Source: Hydrolagus colliei (Eukaryota). Taken from it: a stretch of DNA of 64,000 nt. The first letter of the stretch is position 1; each line of letters starts with the position of its first letter. The DNA is taken from positions 40,672,001-40,736,000 of the forward strand of contig CM068743.1 of assembly GCA_035084275.1 (NCBI GenBank), read 5' to 3'. Of this stretch, positions 49,401 through 61,400 are shown in pieces. The position numbers and the translations under genes were made by a program. Under the pieces are notes generated by a model that saw nothing but the letters and a program-made list of their open reading frames with translations, was not told the origin of the DNA and searched no databases.

Positions 49401-52400
49401 AGAATTCCAATGAATCTTGTTTAAACAATACCGCAGATTAAGTTTGCGTGCAAGTGCATCTGTTTTTATTCTCTTTTTTTATCTTTTTAGTTGCACAGTT
49501 ACTGACCTGCACATCGGTAGTATGGAGGGCATTAAATAATAATAATAATTATAATAATCTTTGTATTTGGTCTGACACCCCATCACATGATTGAGATGTT
49601 TCCAAGCGCTTCATAGAATATCCTCTAAAGTGGATTGACAGTGTATTTTGTGAGGGAAATGCGGCAGCCAATTGCGCATAGCAGTGTCCCACAAACAGTC
49701 CGGGAATCAGTGACTACATTTTATTTATATTTTTGGAGGGATTATTACTCCCTGGAAACTTCCCAATTCAGTCTTAGCCTGTAATTCAATTTACAACAAT
49801 CACATCAATGGAAGGATGAGTTGGAAACAGACACTGTTTCTGGCTGTTTGTGGATCATCGCTGTGTGCACATTGGCTGCCACATTCACCTACAAATTCTG
49901 TACTTCGCTGTGCATCCTGTGAAGGTGTTTGAGACCTCGGGATGTGAAAGGCGTTGTATAGCAGATGTGAGGATTATTAAACCTGTGCTTCTCCCCTTGA
50001 CCTGTCTAAGAGTGGATTAAATCACCCGTAATATTGATCTGAGCAAACGTAGAATGTGTGCATAAATTGGGTCATCGGTAAACTATGTTGGTGTTTGATC
50101 TTTCTGTTGCCATGATTTGTATTGTGTTCTTTCGTCCCCCATTGTTGTTGCAATCAGTGAGACAGGATACAATGATTTTAATGTTGTCCAGCCAAGTCAC
50201 TAAGCAAGGCTTATTTCTTTTATTCATTGAGTCTGAAATTCACTAACATGTCTGAACCTCACAAGCCTAACCAAAATTCTATTTGAGGAACAATACAGAA
50301 ATTGCTGGCTGGTGAACTAAATCCTAAATTTGTCACAATAGATAATATTAGATTTTTAAAATTCATTCATTTGGTTAATCATTTTTGTCATTTTTGTCCA
50401 TTCATGAAATAACATGTCTTATGAGCTGATAACTAGGATAGAGAATTTGTAAAATGTCAATTTTCCTTTTTGACGGGAGAATACCAAAGATTATGTAACT
50501 ATATAACCTACATATTTATTTTACGTTTGCTGTACCTCACAATTTATAAATCTTTCATCAGGCTTAGACTCTTCAATGTGACTATCATATGTGTATTGAC
50601 ATTCAGTATATTGTTATTACTATTATTATTGTGATCAAATTTCTCACGTGTCCCAACCATCCTTCCATTATACTCCATAAAACTCTTCAAAAGGAGCAAG
50701 TGAATTCCTTCTGTTGGTTTATCTTTATCTAGTCTTCCAGCCTTTCCCAGAGAGGGGCACCATCATTCCTTTTTCAACAGTTTTTCTTAATATAAATTTC
50801 CGATACCTCAAGCAATGTTGGTTAATCATTTCTTTTTGTTCAGCTTAAAAAAAACTGAAATGTCTTGAGCAACTACTTTCAGGTTTCTGTTTCCACGGCC
50901 AATGTTTCTATGGCAATATTGTTTTCACTCTATAAAAATTTCTTCAACGGTCTTCAATGGTTTATTCTTCAATTGAAGGAATGACTGTACCATTTACTAT
51001 CCTGCCTTTCTTCCCCCTGCCTCGACCCCTCCCCTTTTGCTTCTTTACCCCCTTTTGCCCCTAATCCCACTTCCGTGACTGATTGTGGGACACTGCTGTG
51101 TGCAATTTGGCTGCCGCGTTTCGCCCACTAATATACAGTTACTTTTCCTACTATGCTTTATCCTGCCCTGATCCTTCCCACCCTGCTCTTGTCCTACCTG
51201 ACTGTACAGCGCCTTGGGATGTCCTCTCAAGGTGAAAGGCGCTATATAAATGTAAGTGTTGTTGTTGTTGTTGTTGTATTTTGTTCCTAGATTCCTTCAT
51301 TTTCCAGCAATGTGTGACCATCAATATTGATTAACTGCATGTGTTTGTTGTGTTATTGCTGGGTATTCATATTTTACTTGAGAGACGTTTACTAACTCAG
51401 TTCACTGCAGGTTTAACCACAGTGTACGATATTTCATGTAGGGTTGATTTCTTGGAAGTGAAATGCATATAATTCTCTCTTGCTTTATTACACAATAGCC
51501 TATTCAACACATGCAAATTATATTAGTACTGATGTTTTGACCCCATCCCCATCCCCACCTCTCTCCTCATCTCCCAGCTCCATCTCCTAGTCCCCCTCCT
51601 AACTGACATCATCAATCTCTCCCAATCCACCAGCAATGTTTCCACCCCTCTAAAAACTGCTGTCATCACCCCTATGTTGAAAAACCTTCACTGGACCCAT
51701 CCCAAGCCCTGCAATCTGACTTCCGTACTGCCCATAGTATGGAGACAGCCATGGTCAAAGTCTCTAACGACATTCTAAATATCTGCGATCTGGGCTCTCT
51801 CTGCCTTCTTGTCCTCCGCGTCCTCGCTGCTTCCTTCAACACTGTTAACCATTCCATCCTCCTACACTGCCTCTCCTCCCAGCTCAATCTCCCGTCTGAC
51901 CTTGCCCTACCATCGGTAGCCAGGCTTTCCACTTCTCTGCCTCCATGCTTTGGAACTCCATCTCACAGGCCCTTCGCCTCGCTCCCCCCCTTGCCTCCTT
52001 CAAAGCCAGTCTCCTTTTTGACCATGCCTTCAGCTGCCGTCCTATCTCTCTGCTCTCCCTCATCCCAACCCTGCCCTCATCCCTTCCCCCATGCTTGGAT
52101 CCTGACCCCTGACTGTCCAGTGCCTTAGGACGTCCTCCAGAGAAACGTCCTCTGTCTGCTCTACAAATGTAATCTTGTTGTTGTTGTATACTTTCTGCAG
52201 TCTCCAAACATCTCACCTTTCATATCGTATCATAATGAAAATAATGGCTACGTGTTTGTTAATTGCAATGGTATTTTTAATCCTGTCCCTAACCAGCCTT
52301 GCCAACCACCTTCAAGAAAGAACTTGAGAATGTGGTGGCCCAGGAAGGTGTGACAGCCACCCTGAGATGTGAAATGAGCAGAGATGACACTGCAGTGGAG

Positions 52401-55400
52401 TGGAGAAAAGAGTCCACCCTCCTTCGTGCCGGAGACAAATACGAAATGAAGCAGAAAGGCCCAGTTGTGGAGCTGCTAATTCACAACCTAAAGCCTGAAG
52501 ATAGTGGGCAATACAGCTGCAACATAGGAGATCAGCAGACCACAGCTTCCTTGAAAGTTAACGGTAGGAAATAATACATATTAGAACCATGATCCTTTCA
52601 CATCTTGATTGCTTCACTAGACTGGCCATCCTGTCCCCTGTTTCCCTGCAACAATAACAAGAGGGCGGGGGAGGGAGCGAAGAGAAGGGACTGTGGGTTG
52701 GAGTTCAGAGGCTGTGAATTGGGATATCGCAATGCAATTTGGGGATTGTGGAGTCCTGTAGCTCAGTGGTTAGAGCACTTGCCTTACAGGCGAGGATCCT
52801 GTGTTCATTTCCAGGCAGGTTCAGGGGAACGTTTCCTTACTCCACACACATGCTGATAATAATCTATAAAAAAAAATAGGTCATTTCAACCCATGAGTGT
52901 TTGTGGGGACCCTGCGGAGCACAATTGGCTACCACCCTTTTTCCCACAAATATAGTCATTTCACTTTACAGTATATTATGTGAAGCGCTTTGAGAAGTCT
53001 AGAAGACTAGACTGAGAAGTGCTATATCAAATGCAAGGATTATTATTTTATTAATAAAAAAGTCCATAAATATTTGTGAGATATTACTGTGCACAATTAG
53101 ATGCTGCATTTCACCCACAAAATACACAGTCAATCCACTTTATGGTGTATTCTAGCACTTTGAAACGTCTCAACAATGTGATAAGGTGTTATATCACATG
53201 CAAGAATTACTATTATTAATAAAAGAAATAATGGACTCATCAATAATGCATTTAGATTGATGTTTTTACAAAATCTCTACCAGCCCTTCCGGTGCTTTTT
53301 AAAAAGAAGCTGCAGAACAAGGAAAGTAAAGAGGGAAGTGACGCCTCATTGAGCTGCGTAATCTCCAAACCTGACGCCCCCGTCAAGTGGAAGAAAGGAT
53401 CTACGGTACTTCAGCTCAGCGACAAGTATGAAATGAAGCAGAAAGGTTGCAGCGTTGAGTTGATTATCTGCGGCCTGACGCTGGGAGACACGGGTGAATA
53501 TACCTGTGATACAGGGGATGAGCAAACCACAGCCTCACTGAAAGTCAAAAGTAAGACGACAAACACTCGGTTCCTCACCTGTTTACTTACGTTCAGTGTC
53601 TGTTAGTTTTTCTTCTCATGTTTCTCAAGATGGTTTCTAGACATTCAATAGTTTGGTCATCTCTTCCTACGTGATGCCGTCTGGTAGGAGGGCGCTATAC
53701 AAATGTTGTTGTGTGTGGGGAAAAATGGTTTCTAACTGCTGGTTCTTTAGTGCTCCTGTCTCTCTACCTCTGTAAATTGCTAACACCATACTGACCTGTC
53801 CGCTCCCTCTGTTCAGCAGATTCCCGTCTGCTTCACCTCCCCGCCTAGCCTGCCCCACCATTGATGATCAGGCTTTCTCCCCCCAGTTCCCTGTGGAATT
53901 CCATCCACCGTCCCTTAGCCTCACTCCTTTCCTTGTCTCATTCAAGGCCTGACTAAAGAGCCTCCTTTTGGACCATGCCTTCAGCCACCCTCCTCCCCCC
54001 ACCCTCCCTGTCTTCCACCCTTTCTGATCCCACCCCAACCCCTGGGTCGGGAGCAAATCATTGACTGTCCAGTACCTCGGGACGCCTGCCGACGTGAAAG
54101 GTGCTATACGTACAGTTGATAATTTCCACTTATATTGTCACCTTAAGCTAAATACTGAAATGACTGAAATGTCTCCTTCAGCTCTGCCAGTGCTTTTTAA
54201 GACAGAGCTTCGGAATGAGGAAGCTCAGGAAGGAAACACTGCAACACTCCGCTGTGAGGTGACTAAAGCAGATTCCCCAGTGAAATGGAGGAAGGAATCT
54301 GTACTGCTCCATTCAAGTGACAAACATGAAATGAAGCAAAAAGGCGTCAGTGTTGAATTGCTTATTCATGACCTAAAGCTAGGAGACACCGGAGAATATA
54401 CATGCGACACTGGTGATAAAAAGTCCACTGCAACCTTAAAAGTGAAAGGTAGGACAACAATCTATTGAAGACAACAACAATTGACATTTATGTTATAATA
54501 ATAATATTCTTTGCATTTTATTTGGCGCCTTCCCAAGTCAACGAGACATCTCAAAGCGCTTCACAGCACTGTAAAGTGTATTGACTATATTTTATGGGTG
54601 AAATGCGGCAGCCAATGTATACAGTGCCTTTCACGTTGGAGGATGTGCCAAACTTTAATTGCTGATTTGTTGGTCATGTTACTGGGAGAGAGAAACTCTC
54701 TTCTCTTTTCATGTAACGTTTACCAGGACAGCCAGACAAGACTTTGGTTTATCCGACAATATAACAAGAACAACCTCTTGCATTTATACAGTAATTTGTA
54801 GAGTCCTGTAGCTCAGTGGTTAGAGCACTCGTCTTGCAAGTGAGAGCCCTGGGTTCAATTCCAGGCAGGGTGAAACCATGGGCAAGTTTCCTTATTCCAC
54901 ATGCTAATAACAATTGCCTCGAAAAAAACAAAATTAGTCATTTCAATCCACGACTGGTGTGGAACACTGCTGTGAGCAATTGGCTGCCATGTTTCGCACA
55001 CAAATATGCCATCAATTCACTTTACAATATATTCTGTGCAGCGCTTTGAGATGACTAGAAGATGTAAAAAGTGCTATATCGCTATTGATGCTACATCAAA
55101 TATAAGAATTATTATTATTATTCATTTATATTGTGTTTTGGTCTTCGTGATGTTGGTTAGTTTTGTCTTCACAACCTGTGATGTACAAAGCGAAACCTAG
55201 ATGACCCTGAATTGTGTTACTGTCTTCCTTTAGCTCTGCCCGTGCTTTTCAACAAAGAGCTTGAGTCAGTGGAAGTGGAGGAGAATGGCACTGCCACACT
55301 GCACTGCGAGGTTACTAAACCGGATGCCCCAGTTACATGGAGGAGGGGATCTCTGCTGCTCACCCCGGGTGACAAATATGAAATGGAGCAAAAAGGTTCT

Positions 55401-58400
55401 TGCATTGAGTTACATATTCACAACCTGAAACTGAAGGATGCTGGAGATTACACCTGTGATTCTGGAGACCAGCAGACCACTGGGTCCTTAACAGTCAAAG
55501 GTACTGAGCGTTGGCTGTCTTTATAGCTTGTAATTGAATGCCAAGCAAGGGGGAGGGGACACAGTTTGTAGGCTGGGACAAGGAGGATAATCATTATAAT
55601 CATCATCATCCTTGCAATTGATAATACAGATAATAAAATAATACAGTGCCTTATCACGTTGTTGAGACATCTCAAAGCACTTTACAGAATATATTGTAAA
55701 GTAGATTGACTATATTTTGTGGGCGAAATGCAGCAGTCAATTGTGGACAGCAGTAATCCACAAACAGTTGTGAATTGAGTGACCAAACTTTTTGGGGAGG
55801 GGTTTAGGCAGAGGGATTATTAGTAATCCACCAATTGACTACCCACCAGGTTCTTACTTCCTGCGTGTGGAATAAGGAAACTTGCTGAAAGTTTCATCCA
55901 ACCCGGGAATTGAACCCGGGTTCTCTCATTTGTAATGCAAGGACACTAACTACTACACTATGGGAAGCTAGTGATGCTGCATGGAATGCATAGCATACTT
56001 GAGTTTGTCAAGCAGAGTAAAAAAGATCCCTATTGGAAACTTCCCTTCCTTCATATGGACCTTTATGCTGACAGCATTGATGTAAAGGATGTCTTACTGA
56101 CGTGAAAGCGCTCTACAAATATAATGTTGTTGTTGTAACTAATTAACACAATGGTGTAGATGGAAGGCATCTGTAACTGTGCTGTAGTTCTTAAAGGGAT
56201 TAAATTTCCAATGACAAAGAGAGAAATGAACTTAAAGAATAAATTGTTGGCATCTGGTTCCTATGTTATTCTGGAATACGTATATGCTAATTTATCTGAC
56301 CTCAGCCAGCACGGGTAATCATTGATGACAGATTGTATGCAGTGGGATTATATTTAAATGTGCAGAAGTCATTGTCAAGTTTGACCTTGAACAAATTGTA
56401 ACACTATGAATAAAATTCCTCCCTCTCTCCCTCCCCCAGCCCTGCCTGTACTTTTCAAACGAGAGCTTCAGAATGTAGAGGCTGAAGAGGATGGTACGGC
56501 CACCCTGAGCTGTGAAGTCACCAAACCTGATGTCCCAGTGAGGTGGAGGAGGGGATCTGTGGGGCTTCACTCCAGCGACAAGTATAAACAGAAGCAGAAA
56601 GGTTGCAACATTGAGTTAGTTATACAGAAGCTAACACTGGAAGATGCTGGAGATTACACCTGTGACATTGGGGACCGGCAGAGCTCGGCTACATTGAAAG
56701 TCAAGGGTAGGACAGCTATGACTCCTCAGTTGTCAATATGTCATTAATGATTTTCACCATAACATATGTTTTTTTCCCATCTTCTCCAAGTTTCTCCTGG
56801 TGAGACGTGCAGCAGATCTTACTTTACATCCATAATTGCCTTTGCTGTGAATTTCATGTTGTAGCTTAATTGTTATTTTCCGACAATAGTACACACAAAC
56901 ACATTCATATGTAGAAACGTACTTGCACGCATCTGATTGCATGTGATTCTAGCAGCACTGCTAATCATTAAACCCTAACAAAAAGTTCCTTTTCTGTCAA
57001 CACTTCTACGAAGAGGTTGTAACTGCAGCAAGATAAATTACAACCTAAGAAATTGTCCTCTGTATCATAGTTTTCATTCCATGAGTTCCACCTCATTAAT
57101 TAAATCAGCGCTAACAACAGCACAGTCAGAAGACCAACTCATTGTGAAAGAAGGGGCTGAATGGCCTTATTGGGAAGAGGGAACATTTAAGCTGGATGTG
57201 CATTACAGTCTTGAAACAAATGAATGCCAGATTAGCGTCCTCCGCAGAGAGGGGGCCACTTAATTTTATCAGGATGTTGGTGGGAAGTTGAATCTATACA
57301 TGATGTGGGTTTGTATTCAGGTCAACACTACACTTTGCAGTGAGATGTCCAGCGACATTAGATTTGGTGAGAAAATTGAATACTGAACTGAACGTGAAAA
57401 TATTGTTTCAGAATGTGGCCTCACACACACCACAGACACACACACACACACACTGCTGTATCTGCAACAATCCAAAATCCATTGGATTAAGTATTTTGCA
57501 AGGGCAGGTTGTGTATGATGCCGATGGGAACCTTTGGGATGTGAACCGCACATATCCAGGATCTGCAAGTGACTTGTGTGTTTTAGATATTTTCTCCTTC
57601 TCTAAAGATGAACAGTCCACAAAGATGGCATGTTGGGTTTGCTGAACCACTTTGGTTACTACTACTACTAATAATAATCCTTGCATTTGATAGAGGGCCT
57701 TATCGCGTCTCACTTATGCAATGCGATGGAACCTGTATGGCATTATTGAATAAAGAAAATTTTAAACATTTTCAGCAGTGAGAATACCAGGTTTGAGGTT
57801 GATGGTACATTTGGAACACATTTCTTCCAGCGGGTTTGCCTAGAAATATGTGTGTTGTTTTGAGACATCATGTTTGGGTCATTAGTAATCTGTGCCTTGA
57901 GAATTAAAATGACTGTCTCCCCCAGCCCTGCCTGTACTTTTCAAACGAGAACTTCAGAACATACAGGCTGAAGAGGATGGTACGGCCACCCTGAGCTGTG
58001 AGGTTACCAAACCCGACGTCCCAGTGACGTGGAGGAGGGGATCTGTGGGGTTTCACTCCAGTGACAAGTATAAAATGAAGCAGAAAGGTTGCAGCGTTCA
58101 GTTAGTTATACAGAAGCTGACACTGGAAGATGCTGGAGATTACACCTGTGACACTGGAGACCGGCAGAGCTCGGCTACATTGAAAGTCAAGGGTAGGACT
58201 TCCACTGCTATTCACCATAATTGCATGATTGTTGATTCCCGTTGGTGAAATGTTGCGCCTCTTACCAACAATCCATCTTCTTTGTATCGTACATCCATTA
58301 TCATTATGATTACTTGTTCCAATTCTTGACTTTTCTTTGATGTGTGTGTATATGTTTGTATTTGTGTGTGTGTGTGTATATGTGAGTGAGATAAGGGGGT

Positions 58401-61400
58401 ATCGTAGAAGTGGAGCTTAGCTGCCTCCAAGGTGATCATCTGGCAACTAGAACACTCAACTCAAATGGATCTGAGAGCACAAGACTTGTCACTGAGGGTC
58501 AGGAATGCTTCCCACTTGACTCCTGTTAACCTTGCCATCCAAAGCCTCAATCCATGTCAGTGATTCCCACTGGACAAGCTGGGGAAAGCTTGCCCTATAG
58601 TGTTGGCAATGGCTCACCTTGTGGTTGAGATACTCTTCAGCATGGCAATGGGTTTCTGTGTGTTAGATACCAATCTGACCCCAAAAGCAAATGTAATTCT
58701 TATATCTCAACATGATGTTCATCATACCCACCACCCTGGTACAATACTTTTTTTTAAGATGAGAAATAAAAGAAGTTAGAAGTTTAAAGTATTCATGGTG
58801 CTTTTTCAGAGAACACATAGTTAGGGTCAGTAGTGCCCCTCATCCAAATTTATTCCCTCAAAACGGGATTAATCAGTCACTCCTTGCAGTTTGTGAGATG
58901 TTACTGGTGTAGGTTGGCCAGAATATTATTCAGATACATCGGACATTCAGCCGCTTCAGCCTGTTCTGCTATTCTGCCAAAATGCTTCACAGGATCTTCT
59001 GTGAAATCTAATGACTATGTATATGTCGGTGAACGTCGCAAAGCTAAACTCCTGAGGAATATTCACTTAATAGGTTTAAGAATTCACCAGGGGACACGAT
59101 TATGAAATAAAGTTACTGTCTCCCCCAGCTCTGCCTGTGCTTTTCAAACGAAAGCTTCAGAACGTAGAGGCTGAAGAGGATGGTATGGCCATCCTGAGCT
59201 GTGAGGTTACCAAACCTGACGTCCCATTGACATGGAGGATGGGATCTGTGGGGCTTCACTCCAGAGACAAGTATAAAATGAAGCAGAAAGGTTGCAGTGT
59301 TGAGTTAGTTATTCACAAGCTGAAGCTGGAAGATGCTGGAGATTACACCTGTGACACTGGGGACCAACAGAGCTCGGCTACATTGAAAGTCAAGGGTAGG
59401 ATGACAAATCCTACTCATTATAATTCCAATGTTGTTTATTTTCATCATAAACTTTCTCATGGAGATCTTCATATTCATCACACAGGGCGTTTGTTCTTGT
59501 TACCTGTTCACAGACTGTCAGAAACCTCTTTAACGTTGGAAAATGTATAATCATGAATAAAATTACTGTCTCCCTCAGCGCTATTTATATATATTTAGAT
59601 GTGCAGAAGTCATTGTCAAGTTTGACCTTGAACAAATTGTAACACTATGAATAAAATTCCTCCCTCTCTCTCTCGCCCAGCCCTGCCTGTACTTTTCAAA
59701 CGAGGGCTTCAGAATGTAGAGGCTGAAGAGGATGGTATGGCCACCCTGAGCTGTGAGGTTACCAAACCTGATGTCCCAGTGACGTGGAGGAGGGGATCTG
59801 TGGGGCTTCACTCCAGCGACAAGTATAAAATGAAGCAGAAAGGTTGCAGCGTTGAGTTAGTTATACAGAAGCTGAAGCTGGAAGATGCTGGAGATTACAC
59901 CTGTGATACAGGAGATCAGCAAAGCACTGCGTCCTTAAAAATGAAGGGTAGGACCACAGTCCTCTATCTATCTTCTATCCTCTTCTATATTAATAAAACA
60001 ATAATGTGTGTCACTGTCTGTCTGTGTCAGTCTCTGTGTATCTGTCTGTGCGTCAGGAAGAATCTCAATAACTGATTGACAGTATTTATACCTCATCCAA
60101 AAGGTCTTGCGGGTGGGAGTGACATGGGCCTATTTTTGGGGGGAGTGTGGTGGGTGTTATCGCCTATCATTCATGCGTTATGACCTAAACTACATTTCAG
60201 TTTTGCGCTTCTCGTTGCAGTTCCACCTGGTGCCTGCGCCGGCTGACTGTGGCGGTATGCTATCGCGTGTCACAGAACACACGCATAGCCAAGTGGCAGC
60301 GACTAAATAAACATCACACACCCAGCTGAGCTACGGCAACAACAGCACAATTACATTTGTAATTGGCCTTTCACGTCGGGAGGACGGTCCCTGTCACACT
60401 TACATTGATGATTGTGAAGATGCCTAAACACAAATTAAACCTTTCAAGCCTAAGCAAGTGTGTCTGACCGAGTGTCAGTCCACATTCCATATTGGATCCT
60501 TTAGTTGGAAGTGTAGCTGCCACATATGCAGCTAGTTATTCATAATCTAGTGTAATTTTGTCATGGATCTGCCCATTTTTATTGAAGCATATGTTCGCGA
60601 ATAGTATACCCAGAAATCTTTCTTATTATCCTGAATTATTTCTCTTTGCATTCCTTTGATAGCACTGAACCTTTACGCTCTTTCTTCTTTATTCTCCATA
60701 TCCTCCATTAGTATTATCAATTGACTCCATGTCTTGGGGAATTAATTTAAGGATAAAATTATGATAATCATTACGTTTGGTATTGGGCCTTTCATGTTGG
60801 GAGGACATCTCAAAGCCCTCACAGGATATACTTTAAAGTGGAATGTATTTATTGGCGAATATAAAAGGCACATTGAATGATGTTTCGTTGATATACTAGT
60901 CTGTGTATCCCCATCATGCCAGTCTTCGCCAGGCTCCATCTTATTACAGAATGGATCGATTTCAAGATTCTCTCACTTGTCTAAAAATCCCTTCACTCAC
61001 TGGTCCCTCCAACCCTTTCTGACCTCCTCTCTTCCCACTCCACTACCTGCTGTTTCCACTAAGTTGGTTCTGGGCTCCTGTTTGTCCCTCTGATCCACCA
61101 TCAGTAGCCATGCTTTCAGCCATTATACCCCAATGCTTTGGAACCAGCACCTCAATCACTCCCTCCCCTTTTTTAGATCGTGACCCTCCATTTAGACCGT
61201 TGCTCCCTCCACCCGGCTGGGATTTAGTCTCCGCCAATGTTAAACGCTCCGAGACGCTGGAATGGTGGCACTACATAAATGCAGGTTTTGGTTGTTGTAT
61301 AATGACTGAGGGAGCAGGAGTTTCAATCTAGTGACTTATGGACCTTACCTTTGATTTGAAGAATGAAGCAGGCACAACAGAGAAAGACAATCTTCCTTAT

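Noticed and set aside
60220-60345. Small CpG-rich patch with E-boxes and a ctaaataa word as a muscle enhancer
   Set aside because: No full MEF2 consensus, very short, and no way to separate it from a repeat fragment without alignment
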